A stretch of DNA of 64,000 nt from Raillietiella orientalis. Lineage: Eukaryota. Both the position numbers and the translations under genes were made by a program. Below are positions 1 through 12,500 of this stretch, piece after piece. The DNA is taken from contig JAYWIR010000008.1 in assembly GCA_036172245.1 (NCBI GenBank), forward strand, positions 2,728,001 to 2,792,000. The letters are read 5' to 3'. The notes below the pieces were generated by a model. That model saw only the letters and a program-made list of their open reading frames with translations, was not told the DNA's origin and made no database searches. Numbering within the stretch: the first letter of the stretch is position 1; each line of letters opens with the position of its first letter.

Positions 1-2044
1 AGTGGCACGACTTTTCGAGTGCTGCTGCAATCTGAAGGACGTGTGACAGAATGTCCAGCACGACATCTCTCGCCAGGCACGATTTTCTCAAAAACAACAT
101 CTCCGTGATCCTGGATCTGCAGGTTTCTCGCTGCAGATTTCTTGTCGCTTCACAACTCTTCGGCAGCTTTCCGATGACATCCGATCAACCGGTGCAGCTC
201 TTCGCGACATGCGGAAAATTTCGACAGGGAAAAGGGGTGCGCAGGATTTCTGGCCGCGAAGGAATGGGTGCAGGTCCAGCTTACAATCGAGGCGGGTGCG
301 AATGCTGTGGAAAGATGAAAACGGAGACACCGTTGAACCAGCGTAAACAAATGAAATGCTACCCCCACGACCCCGGGTCAAACGATGGTTCCTATTTTCC
401 TGTCCTGCTAGCGAGGAAAGCTGAAAACCGTTTGACGAGAGCACCAAAAAGATCCCTCCTTCAACCAGAGGTCGAGTGGACAACACGCTGCCCTTCGGAA
501 ACGCTTTCGAAGTGAATTTCGGCGCGCGAGTTGCTCACCGAAATGACTTTTGACAGGCGATGGCCAAGTGCAAAGACACGCTTGCTATTGGCACTTCTTG
601 CGTGCTGCCAGAAAGGAAACCTGGATAAGCCGAACGCAAAATTAGATTCCCGCTTAGAAGAACTTCTTCGACGAAGAGTCCTTCCGCCCAAAATCAACAA
701 CCAAGCGAAGAGTTCTTTGACCATCAACGGAAAACGGTGAAGCACGAACGTGCCGTCGGCTTCCGATTCCGAAGTCTGGTCCGATCATTTTGTTTCACAT
801 TTTCTTAGAAACCGGAACCGACTTGTGAGGTTTTCGTCACAAGGACCAGAATGCAATGAGCAGGGAAACAGTCGTGGAAGGTTTCTGCCACTTTATCTGC
901 ATCAAGTCGTGACGGAATCCCAGATGAAACCGCTCAATCATCTGGGGCATTCCTCATGGTTGCTGAACAGCCATTTCAAGGTGCTACCCTGATCGAAGGT
1001 AGCAATGGGTAGACCGCAACCCACCTTGGGATCGCACAAGCCAAAACGACGCAGAAAGGCATTGAGTCGGAGCTTGGAACGGAGTAGCTTTTCTTTTTTT
1101 TCTTTTTTTTTTTTTTTTACTTTTTAATCACTACAGTTAATCGTGATAATGCTTTCCTTAATGGTCAAATGAGGAGGCGATCATCGGGAAATATCAAAAC
1201 ACTGAGCGATTACCTAGGATTCCCGTATCCGACAAGTTCAACTATCATCATCATCATCATCTTTCACTTCTGTTGGGCGCCGTTTCTACGTTTCCGAGAA
1301 GCCTTTGAAGTGGCACTGCCAACCTTTGAAGGAGTGATTTGGGGCTGTGAAACATTCACCGGTCCAAGACCGACTACGACAGTGCTGGAGCTTCTCAAAA
1401 GCAGAGAGGTCAACTTCTCAATGCTCAACCATTCACCTGTCCTCGTGCTATTCTCGACACTTTCACTGAAAGATCGGTGGATCCTTAAAGGACGAGACGA
1501 GCCAAATGATGCACGGTTCCCGAGCCACGGAAACGCACGCATCAACGCCAAAGGGTCTGCGCACACATGGCGCCGAGCACGCTTAGGCAAGCCCTTCATG
1601 TTTTAAAAACAAGCAGCTTTTTCGATAAGAATATGAGCTGTGAAATTACCGCGCGGTCTTGGAATTGATCTTGAACGAACAGCCACGCAGTACCAAACCG
1701 TTCCATACGAAATCCACGACTGCTGAAAACTGTGTATCCGCCAGAATGTGTTTGAAATTGCGCGGACAAATCGAGCCGAGCAGCCCATCTTTACAAAGGG
1801 ACGTACAAAACAAAACCTACATAGAACATGATCCCCGTTGCAAAGATGCATCGCCTGGAAACGGATAATTCATTTTACATCTTCGTGATGTGCGTTGTGA
1901 CCACGGAAGTGCACTCTCTTCTGCCGGGATCCTCCTACACGGGTGTTACTGATGTGCTCCAGATCTCGCAACGCTACTGGTACCGGGTGCTCACAAACAA
2001 CAACAAACCACTGCTGTTTTTTTTTTTTTTTTTAAGAGTTTTCT

Positions 2045-2969
2045 TTTTTTTTTTTTGGTTCGCTGAGTACCTCAGAGCCGGTCGCGTGCTTCGCGGCGCA
2101 CGTGGTTCTTTTTAGACATTCAACACACTGTTTTGTTTCCACGCCCCTCCGCCCGCGGCAGCCCGCAGGGGGGCGTGTAATTCTTCAGGATAGGGGGCAC
2201 CCCGGGATGCGGGTCCGCCATATGAATCCAGGAAGGGCTCGGAGTCCGTTCCTCTCACGCTTGGGGAAGGATCCCTCCCGGACGGGGGGGATCGCACCTC
2301 CCTCCCTGGTTGTCTCCGAAGGGAATCTCCTTCCTCATTCTCTCCAGAGGGATTCCCTCGGAAGGGGTTGGTCCTCTCCATTTCAACTTCTCCGAAGGGA
2401 ACCCGGAAAGGATCCGTTTGTAGAAATTTCTTCTCCGGAGGGAACCCGCAAGGGAACCGCTCCTGTTCACTCTTCTGAAGAGAACCCCGAAGGGACGCTT
2501 CCGAAACTCAGAAGGGGCGCTGCAGCTTCCCACAGGGAACCTCTCTCCCTTGCCTCCTTGTGCACTCTGTGAAGAGGCGACGACTCGGAGGGACCCCCGC
2601 AAAAGGGGGGTCCGCTCCTTTGAACAACTGGAGAGGTGCATGTGAAGGCTCCTGCTCCATCTTGAAACCGGAGGGCTCCCCCGGTGGGGGGGGTCCGCTT
2701 TCCGTTGCACAAAAGGAGGGGGAAATCCCCACTCCTTGATTTCCTGGGAGGACCCGAAGGTCGACTCCTATTGTTCCGGCCTTCATCGGGGGCCTCCGGC
2801 TTAATCCACCGCCGGTGCCACGCCCGAATGTCTCGGCCAACCAGCGCCATTGAAGGAGAAACTCGGAATCCGATGACGCAGTGGCGTCAGAGTTTCTGCC
2901 GGAGTATTCGAACCTGCGACGCATGGTGCCACACGCGGAAGCCTTAACCACAAGGCCTCCGACGCGGGC
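2045..2969 (-). mobile_element. tRNA-derived SINE-like structured element, copy A
   Basis: Minus-strand head GCCCGCGTCGG..TGTGGTTAAGG..GGTTCGAATAC (A-/B-box-like). Body shares blocks with 8545-9111 and 17528-18311 (e.g. CCGGAGGGAACCCGCAAGGGAACCGCTCC vs CCGAAGGAAACCCGCAAAGGAACCGCTCC). Ends in an A-rich tail. Confidence 0.75.
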
Positions 2970-4189
2970 GAAGCCACTAATGCTGGAGCAAGAGTGCAGA
3001 AGACCACAAACGGGACTTTTAAGGTAGCGAACTTCATGTCACATGTCAAGGAAACACTCATTCTCGAAAACGATTACCTGAAAGGCAATCATTTGCTTGA
3101 TCTTCAGAGAACTTAGAAAGCAAACTCATCTCCTTGCTGATGGTCTACAGCCACCAAACACACACCGAATATCTCCCGCGTGGTCGACTGGCAAAACTTC
3201 CACGTTCCGTCTTAGGACTTCCTATGCTGTCGGTGGACTTGCAGCAGCCGCGAGTGAGCTGCTTTTGCTTTTTTTTTTTTTTTTTTCTTTCTCAGAGAAC
3301 AATACAAAAGAACTGGTGCGTTCCCATTAGAGTCGTTCATCCAATTTGCAATTACTCAGTCATTCACAGTGCGGACCCGATAAGCGCATATCGCCAAACG
3401 TACCACCGTAATTACAATGGTGAATCCAAGACAAAACGTGTCTTTTGAAAAAATGTCCTCTGGATGTACAGCTTCAAACAAGCAGCAAAAAGAAAGACCA
3501 TGAAGGAGCAGCATTTATCAAAACTCGGCGGCGGCATTCAAAGTTATTCCACATGCAGCATTAACGAAAGCCACCCGACGTGCCACCCGATCCCACTCTA
3601 CACTCTCGCCAAGGTGCTCTATTTTGCTTCCAGCTCCTCCCGACACGCCCGCAGCACTCGCATTTCGCGCCATCGTGTGACTGGCATTTGGCGCCGCGCC
3701 GCGACCGGGTTGTACGCTTCCGTGAAAGCAGCCCGCCTGAACGTGGAGATCGTCTGCCGGCACCATGGAGACATCAGATCAGTCTTCGCTCCGCAATTTC
3801 GTTTCTGGGAGCATTCATCTCCTTGATCGTGGAGTTTCCTCGAACTTCCATCAATCACATCGCGCATTTCAAACCAAACCAAGTCGTTCAGAACTCGTAC
3901 TTGTCGTCTGGTGGCGACTGAGAACTTTCTTTATCGTGAAGGGCACACGAGAAGGTTCGATCGGCTCCGATCCCCGATCAAAGTTAACATAACGCGACAC
4001 GACCCATTCACGACGGGAGAAAACGGGACTCGAGAACCTCCCACGTTCCGACGCGGAGGGGATGGAAGGGGTGGAGGCCGTCCAGGTGCCCGAGCTACCT
4101 CAGGGGCCTCAGGTGGCCGTCGCCCCCGAAAGCGTTCCACCCGCTGAGGAGAAAGCTGTCACCTTCCCAGTCTTAATGCCGGGAATCGC

Positions 4190-4380
4190 CTCTCGCCGTC
4201 GTCTGCAGATGGCCCGCTGGAACGTCAACGGGTAACCGATCGAGGGCAATAGAAGGGAGGTGGTCACCACCCTGCGGTCCTTCGACCTGGTGCTCCTGCA
4301 AGAGATCCTCGTCATCTCCGCGGATGGAGCGATGGAGATCGAACGGATCTCGGGAGGGCGACTGCTTCCAAGAGGGTGAG
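4190..4380 (+). mobile_element. Decayed APE-type LINE ORF2 fragment (endonuclease N-terminus)
   Basis: Reads LQMARWNVNG*PIEGNRREVVTTLRSFDLVLLQEIL: the WNVNG and D-x-x-x-LQE motifs of EEP/APE endonucleases, with an in-frame stop. Confidence 0.7.
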
Positions 4381-4492
4381 CCGGGGCCTTTATTAAGAAC
4401 TATCTGAGAACAAAGTTCCCGGACAAAAGGAAAAGAAGTTCGACACGCAGGTCGAACTGCGAGGCACAACTTCTGTGCTTTCGGATTAGGTG

Positions 4493-4866
4493 GAGCGTCC
4501 GATCTGCTTTCGCGTCATATGGGGGCCTTTGTCCCCCACCCCCTCCAAACCGTGGGCGTTTTGGTTCCCCCTTATCTGCTAGCCTTTGGTGACGCGCTTT
4601 CTTCGCTGCCATTTCCTTCCGTTTGCCCTTCGGTACCTGTCTGAATGTGGCGGCCGATTCGCTCGCCCGTCTCACACGGTGGCACTTTATCAGAAAAGAA
4701 AAAAAGAAAGAAAAGGCACAGCAACAAAATTCTACTGCTAGTAGCGCTCGGAGTTTTGGAAAAATCAGCTTCTTGTTGCCTGGTGCACAGTTTTCTGAGC
4801 ACAGAGTGTTGTTTCGAGGCAGTGGTGAGTTCGAGATACAACCAGTGCATCAAATGGTGACCGTAA
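4493..4866. repeat. Left arm of 374-bp inverted repeat
   Basis: Reverse complement of 5977-6350 with about 5 mismatches; near-identical short ORFs appear on opposite strands in the ORF track. Confidence 0.97.
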
Positions 4867-5976
4867 GAAGTGCGTCTTGTGTGCTTCGCTGGAGTCCTAA
4901 TAGCATGGAGACTTCCTGGGGGATCGTGAATTCAAAGCGGTCTCGCGAGTTGGCGGTCACTGCGTTTCACGAAAGACTGCTGACCGCGTTGGCCGGATGG
5001 GAAAAGCGTACTGTTCGGGAAAATGGCGGGGTGCGTCAAGTGGGAGCAGGGATACTGAGTTCCGTCCCCTCTCGGTGTCTCAGCTGGAAATTCAAAAACC
5101 CGAGACAGCCATTTCCATCTTTGGGAATGGGGCCTGCCGAAACACCGGCTTCGAGTTTCCCATTGCGTGCGGAACTCGACCGGATGCGGCGGTTTGGACA
5201 CGAAACCCTCCCGTAGGTGGTCGTTCGCCGTACGGGGGAAGTCCAGATCGATTCGTCATCGTTTTCCCGTGGATCGATTTGGGGAGTCACCCGGGAGCAT
5301 CAGTGCGGCATCTGTGCCACGTCAACGGAAGTTGGCACGCCGAAACGTAAATGCACGCGTCTTTGGTTTCCAAAAGGCGAGTCGTTCGGGGTTTTCCGAT
5401 GCCTCCCTTACAAATGCTTGCATCTCCTCCACTCAAGCGGGTTTGTGTTTTCGACTTCCCGTATGAGTGGCCCTTCTATTCTTTCGCGTTGCATCACCGT
5501 TCTTCGGTTGTCGGGTGCCCCAGAGGTTCGAAATGAGGGTGCAGAAGGGAAGCTGTAATGCAGCCGGACTGGTTGCCCCGGGGCTCCGTGCTCGGTGTAG
5601 CAGGGCGTTTCACTTTGCTCTTTCGAGCCCCGGTAGGAAAACGGAAGCTGCGCTTCGTATGAACGGGAGCGGATTTCTCTGGACAGCGAGCGTGTTCGCG
5701 CAGAGGTGCACGTGGTCACAGAAGCGCGGTTTCGTCACGGGGGGCTGCGGTGATATACCGACCATGACGTGTCAGAAAAGTGAGCCGAAGGCAACGAACC
5801 TGCTGAAGTAATTCACGGTGATTCACAGGAAGGAAGCAGGCAGGGTTGAACCAAGCATTTCGTTTCCCTACGCCGCGTGGGGCATTCACGCCGCACCTGC
5901 CGACTTAGTCACAGAGTACGATCGTGGTTCTTGCATACGTTTTGCATAATGTAAAGCCGACTTCCGTCTGAACCCT

Positions 5977-6350
5977 TTACGGTCACCATTTGATGCACTG
6001 GTTGTAACACGAACTCACCACTGCCTCGAAACAACACTCTGTGCTCAGAAAACTGTGCACCGGGCAACAAGAAGCTGATTTTTCTAAAACTCCGAGCGCT
6101 ACTAGCAGTAGAATTTTGTTGCTGTGCCTTTTCTTTCTTTTTTTCTTTTCTGATAAAGTGCCACCGTGTGCGACGGGCGAGCGAATCGGCCGCCACATTC
6201 AGACAGGTACCGAAGGGCAAACGGAAGGAAATGGCAGCGAAGAAAGCGCGTCACCAAAGGCTAGCAGATAAGGGGGAACCAAAACGCCCACGGTTTGGAG
6301 GGGGTGGGGGACAAAGGCCCCCATATGACGCGAAAGCAGATCGGACGCTC
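5977..6350. repeat. Right arm of 374-bp inverted repeat
   Basis: Reverse complement of 4493-4866, separated by a ~1.1-kb spacer. Confidence 0.97.
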
Positions 6351-8544
6351 AATGCTTCACGTTAAAGCAGGAATTCTAAACAGGAGGCTAAAAAAAAAAA
6401 GAGAAAAAAAAAATCGCAGCGCAACAGAAATTCCAAGAAAAACAAGGCAACCGCCACAACCGTGGGCGGCGCAGTTTTCGAGCTGAGACAAGGACAAACG
6501 CGCTGACCACGAAATTCAAGAATTCGTTCCACAGGTGTATACAATGAGACAGAAGAAACGCACAGGGAGAGGTGTCTTTCCTGCGTGCAGCCAACTCCTC
6601 CGCGCGTGTGAGCAGAGCCCAAGCAGCAAAAAATACGTGGCGTGTCGGCAGGCAAAAGCGGCACGTCGGCACGAAAGTTAGAGAAGGGATGGCGCTTGGC
6701 GCCCAGTTCCTGACACCTGGCGCTAGGAGGATCCACGGAAGCATCCTGCTTTCCAACGACGACGAGGGTGACATTAGTCATCAGCGAGCGGATACTGGCG
6801 CACAGAAAGGGAACGATTTGCTCCGTGAGACCCACTCCCTCCCTCCCACCCCACGAGACAAGCACCTCGGAGTGGTTGGCCGCACCGCTCGGAGTGGCAA
6901 GAACTCCGCAATTCCCAAAGGTGGCTACGCTCAACTTCCATTTTCCTGTGGGTTGAGACACAGCCATCCCGGCAACCGCCGGGGGTCTCTGGCCACAGGT
7001 CGCGATCCGACGGTAGAAGTGGCGATGCAACGATCCCTACGGCGGCTCCTTCCGGTCTCCGGCACATGCACTGGCAGCCGAGTCGGCCCATCTGCCCCAG
7101 GCAGGTCACCCCGTAATACGCCCGGAGCCGGAACAGGTCAGGCGGCGCTCAGAAGGTAAAGTCGATGGCTTTAGAACGCGTCCAGAAGACCGATGGTCGG
7201 CGGCGGCAACGCCTGGCTCGACTGCTGGTCCTAGAGTCTGGTTCCTCTCCCTTGACGTCAGTCCCGCTGGGAGGCACAGGCGTGGGCAAACGAGATGGTG
7301 CCGGCGACTTGGGCATCTTGGATACCGTCTTCTAATAGAGCGGAGGGTTTGGGGAACCCTATCCCGCACATGATTCCAGTGGAATGGATCTCGATGAAAT
7401 GGAAGCAACGGTCATTTCCAACAGCGCCTCGAAACAAACCCTCTGCTCAACGAGAGAAGCTGGGCGGATGATTTTCATTTCGTGCAGTCGTTCCGGGAAC
7501 TACGTCTCGCTAAGCAGCAGCGGAAAGCAAAATGAGGATTTCTTCCCATTTACTTGCACTCTGAAGTCCAAAGAACAATGCCTGAAGGCTGATGGTACTT
7601 CCACCACGCATTCACGTGAAATTCTGCTCTCGAAACCGATGGACGCGACGTGGCAGAGATAGGCAACAACACCTACTTTCGCGGGTATCGGAGTTCCATC
7701 GCGCTTGATATGGGCGAAGCATCGCGTGGAACACTTCAGACCCACGCACTTCCGCACGGACACTTTTTATGTGGTGGACGTGAAGTGGCCAGTGACACCC
7801 GCTGTTGATTTCTGAAGGATTCGAGCGCGAGGGCATTCAACAAGACGAGTAAAGCCCATTTAACACACAACGACCGCTCCAAAACTTCTCGAGGAACTAA
7901 AGAGCCGCCAGAAAAAAACCGGATTTTTGGCTCCTTTGACGTCAGCAAGGGAAGAGAGGGCGGTCGTCACATCAAAATTTCACTTTTCGCCAATGGTCCC
8001 GAACTTTACCTTTCTTCTCCCTTATTCATCCTTAGCTCCTTCGTTTGCGCTCCCACAAATTCAGTGACAGGCTCCCTAACCTGCACTGGAAATCAACCCC
8101 ATCTCAAAAACCTCAATCTCTACTGTTATCTCCAGCCAACCTAATATTTCTCCACCGCCTCCTCCTTTTCCTCCCCCTCGCGCCACAAGGAAACTTTCCC
8201 CTGTACGTGCAGCGACAACGTTGCTCTTCCCTTTCATCTTGCATCTTCTTCAGCTCCTATTCCTCATCTTCGTTCTCCCCACAGCGTACAATCTTCCGTG
8301 GAGAGCTTGCATGTAACAAAGGGTCCGTGTTTTTGTAGCTTGGAAACGTGCATCCGGAATCATTCTGCCGATCCCTCCCCCCCCTCCAATGAAAGCGAAA
8401 GCGAGTTGAATTCATGGGTGATTTCTGCCGTCGTATCAGCAGCAACCACAGTAAAGTAAATCTGGAAACTTGTATCAAAAGAGCACTTGAGCATCCGAGT
8501 GCAGTTCGCTACATGCCGAAAAAGAAACCCAAAGTCTTCCTCTG

Positions 8545-9111
8545 TCGCCAAGAACTCAGGACCGTTCTCCTAGGGAATCATGAAGCTCCTGAACAGTGTC
8601 CACGCCACCCGAGGATGCGTGTTAAGCCTTCAAGTCAGGGAATACGCTTGGGAGGGAAACCCCGCAGGAAACCTTATTTCTCCTCCGAAGGAAACCCGCA
8701 AAGGAACCGCTCCTTGTTGCTCCTCTGAAGAGAACTCCGATTCTTCGAAGGGTCGCTCCCCGGAGGGAGCAGCGCGATTCTTCCACACCCTGGAGAGGCA
8801 ACCCCCAGAGGGGGTTATCAACCAGCCCCAATGGGTAAAACCCTGAAGGGAACGAATACTCCTTGATGTCCTGGAAGGTCAACTTCCGTTCCCAGCCAGT
8901 CAGCAAGGGCATCCGGGGTTTTCAGGCTTCCACCAGTGCTGCACCCGAAGTCCGTGGGTCAACCAGTGTCAACCTGCCGGAAGGGAGGGACTCAAAACCT
9001 ACGAACTAATTTCTTGGCGTAGATCTTTCCTTCCCCGGGCGGGATTCGAACCCGCAGCGCTTGGCACCACGCGCGGGAGACCTCTGCAGCCGCATGGCCG
9101 CTAAAGCAGGC
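8545..9111 (-). mobile_element. tRNA-derived SINE-like structured element, copy B
   Basis: B-box GGGTTCGAATCCC on the minus strand. Collinear with copy C both after the head (GCACTGGTGGAAGCC) and at the 3' end (CGGGTGGCGTGG..CCCTAGGA..GAGTTCTTGGCG). Confidence 0.78.
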
Positions 9112-9352
9112 ATCCTCTGTTGTCGCAAGGTGTGTAGCAAAATCATGACCTGTTGGGTCATGCGAGCAGCATGCCCACGGACAGCACAAAAAATCTTCCA
9201 GAATATGGTTCTGACGCCGGGAACTTTGTCCATGCTCCTCCTGCTCATGTGGCTTCCTCACGGGTTCGAAAAATGGTAGCAGAAGAAACGTTCTACTTCT
9301 CGGTTGGAACGCGCGATTGAGGAGGTGGGTGTGGTGGGGTTTTCCGGGATAA

Positions 9353-9595
9353 ATGAAACCCCGCTTTGCACAGGATGGAATTGTTCTCAGGAAGATACTA
9401 ATCCTTCCCGTGATTCCTGAACTAGAAGCCTCGGGGCATTTAAGCAGGTCCAAACGCTCGAGTGGACCGCCGTTTCCCAATCCACAACAAGAATTCCGAG
9501 CACACGTGGTGGGTTCACCGTTCGGCACGGATGAGTTTAGGCAAAAGCGGTTGCTGGGTGGGAGGCCGAGAGTTACGGCGGCAGTCAACACTTGA
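9353..9595 (+). mobile_element. Possible decayed non-LTR RT fragment (CRE-like)
   Basis: FAQDGIV...ELEASGHLSRSK...VVGSPFGTDEF resembles the YxDD...GL-LN-K...LG-P-G-EF run of CRE-type RTs. Confidence 0.3.
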
Positions 9596-12500
9596 GGAAG
9601 TGCACTCGTCGCCGCTTCCGCTTGGTGTTCGTCAGAAAACGACCGATGCAGCTGCGTGCGCACGGTGAAGTCATTGCTAAAGCGACCTGAGGGGACCGAG
9701 AGACGAATGCTGCTCTGTGCAGAGTTCGCAGAGGACTGGCAACGAGAATCTGACTGACTCATCTGTACTGTGTTCGTGTTCGTGTCTGCAAAGTCGATCC
9801 TCAAAAATGAAGGATCCACAGATGAACAAGTTGAATGTAAGAAAGCATTTCGTTTCTAAAATGCTCATGCATTTCGTTTTCCATCGGAGGGGATCACTCC
9901 TTTTCTTTCGTTAAAGAAAAAGAAAAAGGAAAAAAGGCGCCTGCTGGCTCTTCTGCTTTTGAAGTCTCGGTGGAAAAAATCCGCTGCAGGTTCCAATTTA
10001 CACTGTGCTCACAAAACACGCGCTCAGAAGCAAAGAGCAAAGAAAGAGACGTGGCTCCCGAAGGTTTACAGATGCTTTCGATGCAACTCCTCGGGGCTTC
10101 ACCAACCTAAAGGTGAGATGAAATGTGAAACCTTCACGAAGCACTTCGAAACACGAAACCCAGCCGCACAACTTGGGGCCCCACACCGCGCTGCCACAAT
10201 CATCCCATCCGTTCGGTGGTGCTGATCTGTGAAGCTGCAGAGCGTGGAGATCTTCGCGCAGTGCTCGACTATGCTGCTTACCTGGCGTGCAGCGGAATCC
10301 TGTGGATCGCTGGCAACACCCGGAGGAATAAGTCACCAACGAAAATGAAAAAGGTAATTCATAATGCAGATAAGAAACCTGAAGACACGCGGCTGGACAA
10401 GTTGAAAGGCGACTCCCCTGAAATTCCCGTTCGCGGCTTTTCGACTCGAAATTGCCGTTCCAACAAATCTACACATCGCCCGGGCCAAAACGGATGCAAG
10501 TGCGAGCTACTTCACAGCATGGACCTTCAAGAAAAACGACGGGAAAAGGGAATAACTTCAGAATGGGCGCGGCGCCCCTCGAAAGCCACACACAAAAAAA
10601 AAAACGCTCAAATGCAAACAAAACGCAGCAAGGCAAACAGCACAGCAAGCAAAGAGTGAAACACCAGGTGACGGCGATGATTCTGGAAAGCAGATGAGGA
10701 CCACGCGCAGTGCGAAGAACAAAGGCGCCCCAACATCATCGATGTGCAGTACGAAACTTCAGGCTGCGTGTGCACTTATGCCAAGGCTGTTTCCATCCAA
10801 CAAACACAGCAAACACCATTCGCCACAGTACTGGACGCTGTAACGATTCCGTACCCGCGGGCGAAAACAACATGACTCCGTGTCGGAAAAAGTGCTGCAG
10901 CGTCCAGGCGCAAAAGGACAGGAATTGTTACGGCAAACACGCCCATTGCTTTCCGGTAAACGAACACACGTAAATTTTCGAGATACTTCGGCTGGGCAAT
11001 AAATCTGTTGCAGGGAAGCGCCGGCGAAATTTACCGTACGAACTTTAGGCAAGACTGACCACAAACGTAAGAAGCGCAGGGAAAGTTATGTTCTTTGCAT
11101 TGAAATCACGTGTGCAATTCATGTAACTGGTGTCCTTGATGGCGGCTGAAGAATGGAATAGCCTTCCACTTTCTTTCGACCGGCCACAAAACAGGAAACG
11201 CTAAACCAGGTTAGTAACCAACTACTTTAAAATAAACAACCGACTGCTTCATCATTCGTGCTGTTGAAATGTCATCAGGCGCTTCGGTACAAACAAAGCG
11301 GCGCCATACAAGTACTTCCTGAATTACACCTTACTAATCGCTTTTTTCACCCACAAACTACTTAATACTACCAAATTTTAGAAATGCAAACTCTGGACAC
11401 CCGTGGTGTCACTTGGATTTCTGCCACTGGTCTCAAAAAGGTGCCTGCAAAACTCGGTCTCCTTCTGTATCACTTGTCATTCTGTCCTACTGTCAAGGCG
11501 TGAATTCTATTCCTCGAGGATGCCACCCACATACAGGAGCAACAAGAACGGTGTTCCTTGTACAGTGGAACCGTTTCCGTGGTTTGCAAGTGTATTTCGA
11601 TCAACTTGGGTACGATGGCGCCCAGAGCAGTGTGTCTGGAAGTGTATCGGCAGATCTTTTGTTGAGATCTTTGAAGCCCACCTCAACTACACAAATACGT
11701 GTGAGAGTTAAGTAATCTGGAGAGCTGAAGGTACAGTGGAGGAAAATCGGGTACAGCATACACTACACTGGAATCACAGAAGTGCTGGTGCAGCCCTGAC
11801 TTGCACTGAACTGACTGCTTCATCATATAAACCACAACAGCCTTGCGGAGTTTCAATTCAACAATCTTTCAGAAAGATTTCATTAAAATTGCAAATGTTT
11901 GGCTAACGTCCAGTACTTCCAGAATCTCCATCACTCCTGGACCTGCCATGCTTTCGCACATGGTGATACTTAAAGATCAGATCACTTCTACAAAAAAATA
12001 AAAATGAAAACACAAACTCCTATTGAAAATCATATACGAAGCTCCCAATCTGGTTCGTAGTTCGCCATGGAAAAAGCAGTCAAAGACGCTTCCAACAAAA
12101 GGACGAGGAAGAAAAAAAAAAAAAATTTTTCCGTTCGGTACGTCTTTAGACGAATGACGTTGAGTACATACTAAAAGTGTTCGTGTCTCACTTTTTTTGG
12201 TCAAGCTATAAGTTTGCTATGAATATTCCATTGCCTTTGCAATCCATTGGCCTTCAGGGAATCGAAGGTTCCTTACTGATGGAGGTTGCCAATATAGTAA
12301 AAGCAACCATTCCAAAAGAGCGTAAGGAATGCAAAATTTTCAACACCAATTCGGACTTTTGGAACTCCAAACTGATAACTGAACGAGAAACTGGAAACCC
12401 TTGCATAAGAAACAAGTGTTGCACACACATCAACTCGTAAAATGGCAGCAATTCATAATGGATAATTTCATTTCTAAAGTTCACTATCAATAACGCCCAG

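Noticed and set aside
2470..2515. CTGAAGA...GAAA in SINE copy A as a hammerhead ribozyme
   Set aside because: On the antisense strand, sequestered in a CTTCTGA/TCAGAAG stem and not conserved in other copies.
2890..2969. Functional tRNA genes at the element heads
   Set aside because: No complete cloverleaf or adjacent terminator; contiguous with a repeated body, so treated as SINE heads.
11400..11960. hAT dimerisation-domain-like relic (also ~52200-52450)
   Set aside because: Only vague similarity across frameshifts; no TIR or TSD seen.
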